A stretch of 64,000 nucleotides of DNA, from the NCBI GenBank assembly GCA_963843145.1, contig CAWJJC010000022.1:160001-224000 (forward strand), written 5' to 3'. The translations under genes were made by a program, and so were the position numbers. The stretch is from an uncultured delta proteobacterium (GTDB lineage Bacteria > Desulfobacterota > RBG-13-43-22). The notes beneath the pieces are model-generated. The model had not been told where the DNA came from. It was given only the letters and a program-made list of their open reading frames with translations, and did no database searches. Shown piece after piece: positions 10,359 through 21,323 of this stretch (its first letter is position 1; each line of letters opens with the position of its first letter).

Positions 10359-11547
10359 TTACAGCCAACCCTTAGAAGGAAAAACCGCCTTGGCCGGGAG
10401 AAGGATGACCGCTTCTCCCGGCGCAGAATCCGAAACGACGCTCCAGAGAGGCCGGAGCCTCAATTATGTCTGGCTGGGGCTGACGGTCCTCCTGGTGCTG
10501 ATCGGCATTGTTATGGTCTACAGCGCCAGTTCCCGCCTGGCGGCGGAACGTTATCATAACAGTTTTTATTTTGCCCAGAAACAAGCGGCCTTTGCCCTCT
10601 TCGGGTTCTTGGCGCTGCTGGTCTTTCGATATATCCCGTATCAGGTTTACCAGCGTTGGGTCTATTGGGCCATGGGAGCCAGCTTACTCTGTCTGATTTT
10701 AGTTTTGATTCCGGGTATCGGGTCACGGGTGGGGGGAGCTTCCCGCTGGTTTCGTTTGGGCGGCGTCTCTTTCCAGCCGGCCGAGTTTTCCAAGCTGGTA
10801 CTGGTGATTTTTCTGTCGTATTCCATGACCAAGAAACAGGCGGTCATGAAGACCTTATCCCAAGGCTTTCTGTTTCATGTGGGGGTGGTCTTGCTTTTTA
10901 TGGCCCTGGTTTTAGCCGAACCGGACCTGGGCATGGCCATTAGTATTCTGCTGCTCACGGGGGTCCTTTTGTTTGTAGGCGGGGTTAGGCTGAAACACCT
11001 GCTCGTGTCCCTGGTCCCCCTGATCCCGCTGACTTATTTTCTAGTCTGGCGGGTCCCCTATAGGCGGCTGCGGGTGTTGTCCTATCTGAATCCCTGGGGA
11101 GACCCTTTGGGGTCGGGATTTCATCTGATCCATTCTTTTTATGCCTTTGGGGCCGGAGGGTTGACCGGTCAGGGGTTGGGGGGGAGCCATCAGAAGCTTT
11201 TCTATCTGCCGGAACCCCATACGGATTTCATTTTTTCCATTCTGGGAGAGGAATTGGGTTTTATCGGAGTCTCGATAGTGGCCGCGCTATTTCTGTTTTT
11301 TATGATTCGATGCCTCCTGCTGGCCCTCCGGAAAAAAGACCTCTTTGGGATCTATCTGACGGTCGGGATTACGGTCATGATCGGTCTGCAGGCGTTTATC
11401 AACATGCTGGTGGTCATGGGTTTGCTGCCCACCAAGGGGTTGACCCTCCCATTTTTAAGTTACGGTGGGACCTCATTGCTTCTCAACCTGATCTGCGTGG
11501 GCATCCTGATGAATATTTCCGCCCAAAGCCAGGAAGAAGGCGGATGA
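10351..11547 (+). CDS. ftsW: SEDS peptidoglycan polymerase FtsW
   Basis: Multi-TM protein; GASRW, FQPAEF, YLPEPHTDFI, PTKGLTLPFLSYGGT. Confidence 0.97.
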   Translation: MNNYSQPLEGKTALAGRRMTASPGAESETTLQRGRSLNYVWLGLTVLLVLIGIVMVYSASSRLAAERYHNSFYFAQKQAAFALFGFLALLVFRYIPYQVYQRWVYWAMGASLLCLILVLIPGIGSRVGGASRWFRLGGVSFQPAEFSKLVLVIFLSYSMTKKQAVMKTLSQGFLFHVGVVLLFMALVLAEPDLGMAISILLLTGVLLFVGGVRLKHLLVSLVPLIPLTYFLVWRVPYRRLRVLSYLNPWGDPLGSGFHLIHSFYAFGAGGLTGQGLGGSHQKLFYLPEPHTDFIFSILGEELGFIGVSIVAALFLFFMIRCLLLALRKKDLFGIYLTVGITVMIGLQAFINMLVVMGLLPTKGLTLPFLSYGGTSLLLNLICVGILMNISAQSQEEGG

Positions 11548-12635
11548 AGGTCCTGATCGCCGGGGGAGGTACCGGGGGCCATTTATTCCCGGGGATTGCC
11601 ATCGCTGAAACCTTTATGGCCCAAGATCCTGAAAACCAGGTTCATTTTGTCAGCACCCGTCGGGCCATCGACCAGCAGGTGTTGCCCTCTTGGGGATTTC
11701 CTTCCCAGACCATCGAGGCCGAGGGGATTAAAGGACGTGGAGTGCTTGGGCAACTGAAAGCCTTGTTTAAGATCCCCGGCGCGTTGAAAGAGTCCTGGCG
11801 GATCCTCCAGGAGTTCCAACCCCACCTGATCATCGGGGTGGGGGGTTATGTTTCCGGACCGGTAGTCCTGGCCGGGCGGTTGAAAGGGATCCCCACGGCC
11901 ATTCAAGAGCAGAATTCGATTCCCGGCCTGACCAACCGGATATTAGCCCTGTTGGTGGATCGGATTTATTATTCCTTCGAAAAAAGCCGGGAATATTTTC
12001 CCGCCCGAAAATCGTTATGGACCGGCAACCCGGTCCGCCGGGAACTAAAGCGGGTCTTGGAAGAGCCCTCCAGTCCCCAAGCCCCTATGACCATTTTGGT
12101 TCTGGGAGGGAGTTTGGGCGCCCACCGGCTTAACCAATTGGTCACGGAAGCCCTGGACTTTTTAGTGGAACTCAATAAGGACTTGTCATTTATCCATCAA
12201 ACTGGCACAAAGGATGAAGATTGGGTCCGGGAGGCTTACCTGAAAAAGGGATTTCAACATCAGGTCCTGGCCTTTATTTCCGACATGGTTTGGGCTTACG
12301 GTCGGGCCGATATGTTGATTTGCCGTTCCGGGGCCACTACCTTGGCCGAGATAACGGCCCTGGGCAAGGCGAGCTTCTTGATCCCCTTCCCTTTCGCCAC
12401 CAACAACCACCAGGAAGAAAACGCCCGTGCTCTTGTTCTGCGAGGTGCGGCCGAGATGGTTCCGGAAAAGGAACTCACGGGCGCGGGATTAGCCGCGGTC
12501 ATCCAAAAATGGCGAAATGACCCCGAACACCGGGCCGATCTGGCCGCCCAAGCGAAAACCTTGGGCCGCTGGCAGGCGGCGGAGGAAATTGTTGAAAACG
12601 CTATTCAGTTGGTTTGGAAAGGCAAGCGGAATTAA
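11544..12635 (+). CDS. murG: Lipid II synthase (GlcNAc transferase) MurG
   Basis: [33 protein letters not shown]; ATG 11544 overlaps the ftsW stop. Confidence 0.97.
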   Translation: MKVLIAGGGTGGHLFPGIAIAETFMAQDPENQVHFVSTRRAIDQQVLPSWGFPSQTIEAEGIKGRGVLGQLKALFKIPGALKESWRILQEFQPHLIIGVGGYVSGPVVLAGRLKGIPTAIQEQNSIPGLTNRILALLVDRIYYSFEKSREYFPARKSLWTGNPVRRELKRVLEEPSSPQAPMTILVLGGSLGAHRLNQLVTEALDFLVELNKDLSFIHQTGTKDEDWVREAYLKKGFQHQVLAFISDMVWAYGRADMLICRSGATTLAEITALGKASFLIPFPFATNNHQEENARALVLRGAAEMVPEKELTGAGLAAVIQKWRNDPEHRADLAAQAKTLGRWQAAEEIVENAIQLVWKGKRN

Positions 12636-14032
12636 TGGACCATAAACCCTATCCTCGTTTTCAGCATATTCACTTTATCGGCATCGGGGGCATTGGCATG
12701 AGCGGGATAGCCGAGGTACTCCTCAACTTAGGCTACCGGGTCAGCGGATCAGATCGGAGAGAAACCGAGATCACCCGCAGGCTGGCTTCTCTGGGAGGAC
12801 GGATTTTTTATGACCACCGCCCGGAGCATATCCAGGGGGCTGAAGTGATCGTCACCTCTTCGGCGGTACGGCCGGACAATCCCGAGGTCATCGCTGCCCG
12901 CCAGGCGTTGCTGCCGGTTATTCCCCGAGCCGAAATGCTGGCTGAACTGATGCGTTTGAAATACGGCATTGCCGTGGCCGGGGCCCACGGCAAGACCACC
13001 ACCACTTCCATGGTGGCCGCTGTTTTGGCCAGGGGGGGATTGGATCCAACCGTGGTCATCGGCGGGCGGTTGGACATTTGGGGGACCAACGCCCGCTTGG
13101 GGCAGGGCCCTTTTTTAGTGGCTGAAGCCGACGAGAGTGATGGGTCGTTCCTCCACTTGACCCCCAGTATCGCCCTGGTCACCAACCTCGATCTGGAGCA
13201 TCTGGATTTTTATCGGGACCTGCAGCATATCCAGGAGACTTTTTTGGCCTTTTTGAACCGATTGCCCTTCTACGGCTTGGCCATTCTCTGCCTGGATGAT
13301 CCTTATTTGCCCTCCCTGATCCCGGAATTAAAAAAACGGTATCGGACGTACGGATTGACGGCTCAGGCCGATTTCCAAGCCCGGGATGTCCGCCAAGAGG
13401 GGTTGGTCACCCATTACCGGCTGTTCGCCCAGGGAAAGGAATGGGGTGATCTTCGTTTCAAGCTTCCGGGCCTGCACAACGTCTATAATTCCCTGGCCGC
13501 CATCGCAGCCGGCTTTGAATTGGAAATCCCCTTTAACCTGATCCAGGAGGCCTTTGAACACTTAGGCGGGGTGCAAAGACGCTTTCAAATAAAAGGCGAG
13601 TACGGGGGGGCCACAGTGCTGGATGATTACGGCCATCACCCTACGGAAATCCGGGCCACCCTCAATGCCATCCGAGGGTGTTGGCCCGACCGCCGCTTGG
13701 TGGTGTTGTTTCAACCCCATCGCTATTCCCGCAGCCGGGCCTTGCGGGAAGAATTCACCACGGCCTTTTACCAGGCGGACCAACTGCTCCTGTTGCCCAT
13801 CTATGGGGCCGGAGAAGACCCGATCGAAGGAGTGACTTCGGAAAAGCTCCTGGAAGGAATAAGGGCCAAAGGCCAAAAGGAAACGGCATTTTTCTCCTTA
13901 GCCGGAGAGGTTCTGGGGTATCTCCAAAACCAGTTAAGGCCGGGGGATATTCTGGTGACCCTGGGAGCCGGAGATGTTTGGAAGATAGGAGAAGAACTTG
14001 TCTCCAAGAAGGCAGATTCGGCAAAGCCTTGA
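12635..14032 (+). CDS. murC: UDP-MurNAc:L-Ala ligase MurC
   Basis: [44 protein letters not shown]. Confidence 0.97.
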   Translation: MDHKPYPRFQHIHFIGIGGIGMSGIAEVLLNLGYRVSGSDRRETEITRRLASLGGRIFYDHRPEHIQGAEVIVTSSAVRPDNPEVIAARQALLPVIPRAEMLAELMRLKYGIAVAGAHGKTTTTSMVAAVLARGGLDPTVVIGGRLDIWGTNARLGQGPFLVAEADESDGSFLHLTPSIALVTNLDLEHLDFYRDLQHIQETFLAFLNRLPFYGLAILCLDDPYLPSLIPELKKRYRTYGLTAQADFQARDVRQEGLVTHYRLFAQGKEWGDLRFKLPGLHNVYNSLAAIAAGFELEIPFNLIQEAFEHLGGVQRRFQIKGEYGGATVLDDYGHHPTEIRATLNAIRGCWPDRRLVVLFQPHRYSRSRALREEFTTAFYQADQLLLLPIYGAGEDPIEGVTSEKLLEGIRAKGQKETAFFSLAGEVLGYLQNQLRPGDILVTLGAGDVWKIGEELVSKKADSAKP

Positions 14033-14963
14033 AGCCCTCTGCCCTGGGCGGGTCAAAATCAGGGAGCCCTTGGCCCCGCTGACCACCTGGAAAATCGGTG
14101 GGATAGCGGATTGGCTGGTGACGCCCAAAGACGCGATGGAAGTGCAACAACTCCTGGCCGTTGGCCGTGAATTCCGGCTGCCCTGCTTTTTTTTGGGCGC
14201 CGGGAGCAACATCCTGGTGGGAGAACGTGGAGTTCGAGGGATTGTGATTCACTTGACCCCTTTTTTAAATTGGATTGAACCCCGGAAACGATCGGGGCGC
14301 GTACATTCCCTGGAGATCGGGGCCGGGACCCTCCTTTCCTCCGTGCTCCGTTACGGGGTTAAATACTCGCTGACGGGTTTGGAGTTCTTGGTCGGGATTC
14401 CCGGTTCTCTGGGTGGGGCCTGGGCCTTGAACGCCGGCAGTCAGGGGCGCGAAATTAAGGACCTGACCCGTTCGCTGAATATTATCGATTCCCGGGGCCA
14501 GGTCATAAAACGTACCCGTAAGGCCTTGGATTTTGGTTATCGTCGTCTGACCCTCAATCCCGGTGAAGTGATTGTTTCCGGTCTCTTGAAAGTAGCCCCT
14601 GGGAATCGAGAGGCGATCGTCCAGGAGATGCGCAAGCTGGTCAAAAAAAGAAGGGCTTCCCAACCTTGGCAATACCCCAGTTGCGGATCGGTGTTTAAAA
14701 ACCCTTCGGGGAACTATGCCGGACGGCTGATTGAAGCAGCCGGTATAAAAGGGAGGCAGCAGGGGGAAGCCCAAGTCTCTTGGAGACACGCCAACTTTAT
14801 CGTCAATCGCGGTCAGGCCCGGGCCCGAGACGTACTCCGCTTGATGCGGGTCATCCGTCAGCGGGTACAACGCCAAAGTGGGATCATCTTGGAACCGGAA
14901 GTTCGATTCTGGGGTTGTTCTTTAAACCCTCGCCGACGGGTTCCGAAGGTCGTTCAAGAATGA
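13998..14963 (+). CDS. murB: UDP-GlcNAc-enolpyruvate reductase MurB
   Basis: [43 protein letters not shown]. Confidence 0.95.
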   Translation: MSPRRQIRQSLEALCPGRVKIREPLAPLTTWKIGGIADWLVTPKDAMEVQQLLAVGREFRLPCFFLGAGSNILVGERGVRGIVIHLTPFLNWIEPRKRSGRVHSLEIGAGTLLSSVLRYGVKYSLTGLEFLVGIPGSLGGAWALNAGSQGREIKDLTRSLNIIDSRGQVIKRTRKALDFGYRRLTLNPGEVIVSGLLKVAPGNREAIVQEMRKLVKKRRASQPWQYPSCGSVFKNPSGNYAGRLIEAAGIKGRQQGEAQVSWRHANFIVNRGQARARDVLRLMRVIRQRVQRQSGIILEPEVRFWGCSLNPRRRVPKVVQE

Positions 14964-15023
14964 CGGACCCGCAGAAAGTCGTTTTTGGACTTTTTGTGAG
15001 GTTATTGATCAGGGGAGAAAAGC

Positions 15024-15887
15024 ATGTATTTGGGAAAAACAAAACTGGGGGCCGCCGGTCGGAATGGTTTCCATCGGCCCCTAAAAGAAGGCGGGACCAA
15101 CTGGTTTCAACGGCTGGGGCACCACTTCTGGATCGGATCGATTGTCGTTATGATCCTGGTCGGGCTGAGTATTACCCTCTTGGTCGGATATTTAGTCGCC
15201 TTATCGGCGCCTTTCTTCCGATTGGAGGATGTTAACTTTCAGGGGAATAAACAGGTTTCTCAGCTTGAATTGTTGCAAAAAGGGGGGTTGGAGGATAAGC
15301 TGAATATCCTTTCCCTGAACCTGAGCGACGTCAAAAAAAAGATGGAGGCCATCCCCTGGGTCAAATCGGTGCAGTTGCGACGCGAGTTGCCCAATAAGCT
15401 CCTGGTTGCCGTTCAAGAACGGCAGCCCTTAAGCCTGGTATTGGTGGATGGGCGTCTCTTTTTTCTGGACCGGGAAGGCTTGGCTTTTAAGAAGGTCGAA
15501 CGCCGGGAGGGGTTCACTCTGCCGGTATTAACGGGTCTGCAAAAAGGCGACTGGCGAGAAAACGGTTATTTGGACCCTAAAGTTCTTCAAGAGATTTCCA
15601 CCTTGACCCTGTTGCTGGCGCAGGGAGTAGACCCGCTTTATCCCGACAAGCTTTCGGAAATTCATTATGATCCCGAATGCGGCTACTCCCTCTACACCCT
15701 GGATTACGGGGTTCGTATCACCTTGGGCCGCGGGGAGTTAAAAACGAAGATGGCCCGCCTGGAAAAGGTCTGGCGGAACCTGCAGAAACGCCCGGATCTT
15801 ATTAATCTTCGGGGCATTTCCCTGCAATACGGCCAACGGATTATCGTTCATGGCCTGCGGCCCTCTTCGGGTGGGAAAAAGGGTTAA
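15024..15887 (+). CDS. ftsQ: Cell division protein FtsQ/DivIB
   Basis: Single TM then POTRA domain (IPWVKSVQLRRELPNKLLVAVQER); directly upstream of ftsA. Confidence 0.9.
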   Translation: MYLGKTKLGAAGRNGFHRPLKEGGTNWFQRLGHHFWIGSIVVMILVGLSITLLVGYLVALSAPFFRLEDVNFQGNKQVSQLELLQKGGLEDKLNILSLNLSDVKKKMEAIPWVKSVQLRRELPNKLLVAVQERQPLSLVLVDGRLFFLDREGLAFKKVERREGFTLPVLTGLQKGDWRENGYLDPKVLQEISTLTLLLAQGVDPLYPDKLSEIHYDPECGYSLYTLDYGVRITLGRGELKTKMARLEKVWRNLQKRPDLINLRGISLQYGQRIIVHGLRPSSGGKKG

Positions 15888-15942
15888 TCCCTTTGAAGGA
15901 GAGGCCGCCGAGCAGAGCAATAGGAAAGGAGGTGAACGCCTG

Positions 15943-17163
15943 ATGGAATCGAATCTGGTGGTAGGGCTGGATATCGGAACGACCAAAATATGCGCCGTAG
16001 TGGGAGAAGTTTCCGCCGAGGGGGTGGATATTATCGGTATGGGGACCCATCCCTCCGTGGGATTGCGCAAAGGGGTGGTGGTCAATATTGAGAGCACGGT
16101 CAATTCCATCAAAAAGGCCGTGGAAGAGGCGGAACTCATGGCTGGCTGTGAAATCACCTCGGTCTATGCCGGGATTGCAGGCGGTCATATCAAAGGCTTC
16201 AACAGTCACGGGGTGATCGCCGTCAAAAGCCGGGAAGTTACCCGGGGGGACATCGAACGGGTGATCGAGGCCGCCAAGGCCATTGCCATCCCCTTGGATC
16301 GGGAGGTCATCCATGTTCTGCCCCAGGAATTCATTGTCGATGACCAGGACGGGATCCAAGACCCGCTGGGAATGGCCGGCGTGCGTCTGGAAGTCAAGGT
16401 CCATATTATCACCGGGGCGGTCACCTCGGCCCAGAACATCATTCGCTGCGCCAACAAGGCCGGGTTGGATGTCTGCGATATCGTATTGGAATCCGTTGCT
16501 TCCAGCGAGACGGTGCTCTCCCCCGAAGAAAAAGAATTGGGAGTGGCGTTAATCGATTTCGGCGGCGGGACCACGGATTTGGCCATTTTTTCCAACAACA
16601 GTATCAAACACACCGCCATATTACCCTTGGGGGGTCATAACCTGACCAACGATATTGCGGTGGGCCTGCGGACGCCCCACCAGGCCGCCGAACGGATCAA
16701 GAAAATGCACGGTTGCGGTTTGAGTTCGATGATCAACAAGGAAGAGACCCTGGAAGTTCCCAGCGTGGGGGGCCGAAAACCGCGGATGATCTCCCGGCAG
16801 ATTTTAGGGGAGATCCTGGAACCCCGAGTGGAAGAAATTTTTACCTTGGTTAACCGTGAAATTCTACGGTCCGGATTCGGGGATTTGATCGCTTCCGGGG
16901 TGGTGATCACCGGGGGATCTTCATTGATGGAAGGCCTTCCGGAGTTGGGGGAACAGATTTTTAATCTTCCCTGCCGCCGTGGTTATCCTCAGGGATTCGG
17001 CGGCATCACGGATGTGGTCAATAATCCCATGTATGCTACGGCCGTGGGACTTACCCTCTATGGGGCCCGTTCCATGCCCCGAAAGAAATTTCGCATTCGC
17101 GATCAAAATATTTTCTATCGGGTCATGGAACGGATGAAACGCTGGTTTAAAGAGATGATGTGA
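15943..17163 (+). CDS. ftsA: Cell division protein FtsA
   Basis: GLDIGTTK, IDFGGGTTD, GVVITGG, amphipathic C-terminal helix RMKRWFKEM; AGGAGGT Shine-Dalgarno before ATG 15943. Confidence 0.98.
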   Translation: MESNLVVGLDIGTTKICAVVGEVSAEGVDIIGMGTHPSVGLRKGVVVNIESTVNSIKKAVEEAELMAGCEITSVYAGIAGGHIKGFNSHGVIAVKSREVTRGDIERVIEAAKAIAIPLDREVIHVLPQEFIVDDQDGIQDPLGMAGVRLEVKVHIITGAVTSAQNIIRCANKAGLDVCDIVLESVASSETVLSPEEKELGVALIDFGGGTTDLAIFSNNSIKHTAILPLGGHNLTNDIAVGLRTPHQAAERIKKMHGCGLSSMINKEETLEVPSVGGRKPRMISRQILGEILEPRVEEIFTLVNREILRSGFGDLIASGVVITGGSSLMEGLPELGEQIFNLPCRRGYPQGFGGITDVVNNPMYATAVGLTLYGARSMPRKKFRIRDQNIFYRVMERMKRWFKEMM

Positions 17164-17273
17164 TCAGAAAACGGCCGATAGATCGTTTTTTGGGAAGGAA
17201 GTATAAAATGATGTTGACCGCTAGCCCGGTTTTGGATACAAACAATAGACAGCAACGAGAGGGAGGAGAAGGG

Positions 17274-18455
17274 ATGAAAATCGAACTGGTCGAAATGGAG
17301 GCAAGGCCGATTCAGAAGGCCAAAATTCGGGTCATCGGCATAGGAGGCGGTGGAACCAATGCCGTGAACAACATGATTCAGTCCGACCTGAAAGGGGTGG
17401 ATTTTATTGCCGCCAATACCGATATTCAATCCTTAACCTCTTCCCTGGCGACGGTTCAAATTCAATTGGGGGCCAATCTGACCGGCGGATTGGGGGCCGG
17501 GGCCAACCCTGAAATGGGCCGGAATGCCACCTTGGAAGACACGGATAAGATTCGGGAAGAATTGGCGGGGAGCCATATGGTCTTCATCACCGCCGGCATG
17601 GGCGGGGGAACCGGAACCGGCGGGGCCCCGATTATCGCTAAGATCAGCAGGGAACTGGGAGCCCTGACCGTGGCGGTCGTCACCAAGCCCTTTCACTTTG
17701 AGGGGCAGCGTCGCCTCAAACAATCCGAGGAAGGCATTCGGGAGTTGCGAAATACGGTGGACACCCTGATCACCATCCCTAATGACCGTTTGATTTCCCT
17801 GGCCACCAAAAAAGCCTCTTTTCTGGAAATGCTTAAGAAAGCCGATGATGTTCTTCTGTACGCGGTCAAAGGAATATCCGACCTGATTACGATTCCCGGT
17901 TTGATCAACCTGGATTTTGCCGATGTCCGGACCATTATGGCCGAAATGGGTATCGCGCTGATGGGGACGGGCCTGGCCAGCGGAGAAAACCGGGCCATGG
18001 AAGCCGCCCAGAAGGCTATTTCCAGTCCCCTGTTGGAGGATATTACCATCTCCGGCGCCCGGGCCGTCCTGATGAACATCACCGCCAGTTCGAACCTGGG
18101 TTTTGAAGAAGTAAATGAGGCTTCCAGTCTCATTCAAAAGGAGGTCCACGAGGAGGCCAACATCATCTGGGGGACGGCCATTGATGAGTCCATGGGAGAT
18201 GAACTTCGCATTACTGTAATCGCTACGGGAATCAACTCTCGGGAAGACCGGGTTCCAGTCGAATTGGAAAAGTTTCGGCCGACCATCCAGGACTCGATCA
18301 AAGAGCGCTCGGAAGACCTGGAAAAGCCCACTTTTATTCGCTCTGGCAAAGTCCTTGATCGGGTTGGACCACGCCGTCCGGCCAAACCGGCTGAATTTTA
18401 TTTTGATGAAGAGGAGTTAGAGGTTCCGACCTTTATTCGCAAGGCAGCCGATTAA
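17274..18455 (+). CDS. ftsZ: Cell division protein FtsZ
   Basis: [10 protein letters not shown], tubulin signature [21 protein letters not shown]-terminal LEVPTFIRK. Confidence 0.99.
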   Translation: MKIELVEMEARPIQKAKIRVIGIGGGGTNAVNNMIQSDLKGVDFIAANTDIQSLTSSLATVQIQLGANLTGGLGAGANPEMGRNATLEDTDKIREELAGSHMVFITAGMGGGTGTGGAPIIAKISRELGALTVAVVTKPFHFEGQRRLKQSEEGIRELRNTVDTLITIPNDRLISLATKKASFLEMLKKADDVLLYAVKGISDLITIPGLINLDFADVRTIMAEMGIALMGTGLASGENRAMEAAQKAISSPLLEDITISGARAVLMNITASSNLGFEEVNEASSLIQKEVHEEANIIWGTAIDESMGDELRITVIATGINSREDRVPVELEKFRPTIQDSIKERSEDLEKPTFIRSGKVLDRVGPRRPAKPAEFYFDEEELEVPTFIRKAAD

Positions 18456-18613
18456 ATCATTCTTTTAACCTCCTCCCTGGTAAATACCGGGGTAGATCCG
18501 AAGTGAGGGCCTCCCCGTTCGGGATTTAAGATCAGGTGGCTTCTGAGCGGTTGACTTTTTCTGTCCGCGAGCTTATTTTTTTATAGAAAAGGGCTAATGG
18601 ATGGAGGGTAACC

Positions 18614-19063
18614 ATGACCATGCCATTGATAAAAAAAGAGAGAAGGCCGGCCTGGATGACCCCTTTCGGTGAAGAGGGATGGGGCGATATTTTTATGGAT
18701 CGACTCTGGCGGGAATGGCCTCGTTGGAAAGGGGAGGAATGGGTACCCACCTTTAATTTTTATGAAAAGGAGGGAAAATATTTTCTGACTGCGGAGATTC
18801 CGGGGGTCGAGAAAAAGGATATCGTCATTTCCATTGATCATAATGTGCTGACGATCAGCGGCAGGAAGGAAGTGAAAAAGGAAGAAGAGGGAGCAAATTA
18901 TTATCTTCGGGAGTCTTCTTACGGCTCTTTTTCCCGAAGTCTGCGCCTGCCCGGGGATGTCCAGGAGGATCAGGTGGAGGCTTCTTTCAGGGAAGGGGTC
19001 TTAAGTGTCGTTATTCCCCAGGCTGAAAGCCCTAAAACCAAAAAAATAGAAATTAAAAGTTAG
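18614..19063 (+). CDS. Small heat shock protein (Hsp20/alpha-crystallin)
   Basis: AEIPGVEK, VLTISG, ESSYGSFSRSLRLP, GVLSVVIP and C-terminal IxI motif (KIEI). Confidence 0.95.
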   Translation: MTMPLIKKERRPAWMTPFGEEGWGDIFMDRLWREWPRWKGEEWVPTFNFYEKEGKYFLTAEIPGVEKKDIVISIDHNVLTISGRKEVKKEEEGANYYLRESSYGSFSRSLRLPGDVQEDQVEASFREGVLSVVIPQAESPKTKKIEIKS

Positions 19064-19121
19064 TCTAAAGAAAAGGGGTCAAGGGGGAAGGGTATCCTGA
19101 TCCTTTGACCCGTTGAGAGTG

Positions 19122-19817
19122 CTAGGCTCTTTTCAAAATTTCGGTATAGGCTTTTTCTACCTTTAAGATGTAGCGTTGGGTTTCTTTGGGCAGGGCCTCC
19201 GGACGTTTTTCCAGATTCCCCATCCCCCAATTATAGGCGGCCAAGGCCAATCGTCGGTTCCCTTGATAGCGGTTCAGCAATTGACGCAGGTAACGGGCTC
19301 CCCCCTCAATATTCTGCGCCGGATCAAAAGAATTGGTCACGCCCATCTCGGCTGCTGTATTAGGCATTAACTGCATCAGGCCTTGGGCCCCCACCGAGGA
19401 AACCGCCTCCGGATTACGGTTGCTTTCTACTTGTATGACCGCCCGGATCAGGGCCGGATCCAATTCGTATTTAGCGGCGGCTTTACTGATCGGGTAGTCA
19501 AAATCTTGTCCCTTGATCTTGGGTTTTGACTCTTCCTGCCCTTCGCAGTATCTGTCCGCAGGTAGTTCTCTTTCCGGGATTTGCGCTGGGAAATCTTCCA
19601 GAACAAAGGCCGGAGGAATGGCGCTGCTGTCGGGTTCGATCCTGGCTTCAGCCAAAGTTTTTTCAATCATTTTAAATAATAAGGCCAAAAAGAAACTATC
19701 CACCGAAGATTGAGGACTCCGATTCTCTACAGGTTGGGAAGGGTTTGACCGCAGGTCTTTTTCCCAAGGGCGGTCAATCCATAAATTGGATTCCCAGGAT
19801 GAGATCTTGGGGAGCAT
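19122..19817 (-). CDS. Lytic transglycosylase (SLT domain)
   Basis: Catalytic ES (IQVES), GAQGLMQLMP, ALAAYNWG; ATG 19817 preferred because the annotated TTG 19835 lies inside a sigma54 promoter. Confidence 0.9.
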   Translation of the reverse strand: MLPKISSWESNLWIDRPWEKDLRSNPSQPVENRSPQSSVDSFFLALLFKMIEKTLAEARIEPDSSAIPPAFVLEDFPAQIPERELPADRYCEGQEESKPKIKGQDFDYPISKAAAKYELDPALIRAVIQVESNRNPEAVSSVGAQGLMQLMPNTAAEMGVTNSFDPAQNIEGGARYLRQLLNRYQGNRRLALAAYNWGMGNLEKRPEALPKETQRYILKVEKAYTEILKRA

Positions 19818-19829
19818 GTTGGACTTAAT

Positions 19830-19847
19830 AAGCAATGTCTATGCCAA
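19830..19847 (-). promoter_or_regulatory. sigma54 promoter for the SLT gene
   Basis: Minus strand TTGGCATAGACATTGCTT, GG-N10-GC with near-consensus flanks; overlaps the stop codon of the HD-GYP gene. Confidence 0.75.
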
Positions 19848-21065
19848 AAAATAGGATTTGATGGACACCCCTTCCTGGTTGGGGTCCAGGACGTTGGTAA
19901 TTTTCCAGCGATCCTGTTGGGTGGAGGGATCCTTTTCGTTCAATTGTACCATCCGGGCGGGGAAGTATTTATCCTCTCCCTTTTTCATTATGAGCAATAC
20001 TGTGGGCTTGAGCGCTTTTTCTCTATTGGCCGCCACCACGATACCCACTTCTGATTGATTGATCTCCACCAGGCTGCCGACCGGGTAAATTCCGAAACAC
20101 TTGATGAAATTTTCCAGCAAACTCCGGTCGAAATCCCGGGGACTCCATTCGAACATGCGCTTTACCGCCTCATGGGGCAGGACTCCCCTTCGATACACCC
20201 GATCACTGGTGATAGCATCGTACACATCCACAATCGTGGCTATTTGGCCGAATAGACTCAACTGTTCTCCTCGAAGCCCCTTGAGATACCCATGACCCCC
20301 ATAGCGTTCGTGATGCTGGCCGACCATCTGGACCCCTTTGGGTGGGAAGTGGGGGATGCGGCCTAAAATTTCAGTCCCATAGCGAACATGATTTTTCATC
20401 TGATGGAACTCACCGTCAGTCAGCCGGGCCGGTTTATTTAAGATCTCCAGTGGAATCTTCATCTTGCCGATATCATGAAGCAATCCTCCGATACCCAAAA
20501 TATGGAGGGCCTCCCGGGGAAGGACCAGGCTCCGGCCGAAAGCTACCGACAGGATGCTGACATTTAAGGAGTGTAGGGCGGTATATTCATCTTTGTTCTT
20601 GATTTGGGCTAAGCAAACCAGGGCATCCCGATTGCGGATCACACTGTCGATAATATTCTCCACGGCTTCTTTGGCCCCTGAAGAATCAATACTTTTTCCC
20701 AGACGGGCGTCTTCCAGGATCTGATCCACCACCTGTTTGGTCTGGTCGCGAACCTCGCGGGCCAGAGAAAACTCTTTATCCCATGAGACTTGACTGGATA
20801 AAACGGCGGTGGTCGGTTCCTTTTTCTCCAGGATCTGCTGAAGCATTCCCGGGCCCACCTCTTTAATCGGGAGGGAATGGTCGGTGTCTTTTCCCTTGTC
20901 CGTATCAATATAGACGTAACGGCAGTACGCTTTCATTTGAGAGAGCTGTTGGGGGGATTTGATAAGGACCCTGTGAAAAAAGAAGGGAGTGTCCAACCAG
21001 GATCGGTCCAGTTGGGTTACAAACATACCCAGGGTGAGATCGGAGGTGCTGATTTTTTTTATCAT
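19839..21065 (-). CDS. HD-GYP family phosphodiesterase with DUF3391-like N-terminus
   Basis: N-terminal LTLGMFVTQLDRSWLDTPF; HSLNV, LHDIGK, HHERYGGHGYLKGL, IVDVYDAITSDRVY. Confidence 0.9.
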   Translation of the reverse strand: MIKKISTSDLTLGMFVTQLDRSWLDTPFFFHRVLIKSPQQLSQMKAYCRYVYIDTDKGKDTDHSLPIKEVGPGMLQQILEKKEPTTAVLSSQVSWDKEFSLAREVRDQTKQVVDQILEDARLGKSIDSSGAKEAVENIIDSVIRNRDALVCLAQIKNKDEYTALHSLNVSILSVAFGRSLVLPREALHILGIGGLLHDIGKMKIPLEILNKPARLTDGEFHQMKNHVRYGTEILGRIPHFPPKGVQMVGQHHERYGGHGYLKGLRGEQLSLFGQIATIVDVYDAITSDRVYRRGVLPHEAVKRMFEWSPRDFDRSLLENFIKCFGIYPVGSLVEINQSEVGIVVAANREKALKPTVLLIMKKGEDKYFPARMVQLNEKDPSTQQDRWKITNVLDPNQEGVSIKSYFLA

Positions 21066-21144
21066 CCGATTCCCGGCACGTCCTGATTGGCGATCGAGGT
21101 TTATCCCCGGATAAAAAGATTTGTTCTTCAGCGGACGTTTTTAA

Positions 21145-21171
21145 TAAAAAAAAATTATTATCTTCCGATAA
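21145..21171 (+). promoter_or_regulatory. sigma28 (FliA)-type promoter
   Basis: TAAA-N15-TCCGATAA upstream of the HDOD/kinase-like gene. Confidence 0.65.
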
Positions 21172-21323
21172 CCCTTAAGAGAGGTTGCCTTTCTACCCGA
21201 TCGGTCGGTCTTGAACCTTTGGCAGGCAGGGGAATTCTTTTTCGTCATCCTGAACGGCTGTAAGAACTAAAGTAACTTTATCATACAAAAATATGACCGC
21301 TTCCTGCAAGGAAAATTAAACTC

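Noticed and set aside
17433-18149. Long antisense ORFs over ftsZ and other dcw genes
   Set aside because: Expected from codon bias opposite well-conserved genes.
18474-18530. Two possible hairpins after ftsZ as a novel ncRNA
   Set aside because: The stems are imperfect and more simply explained as a terminator or 3' UTR structure.
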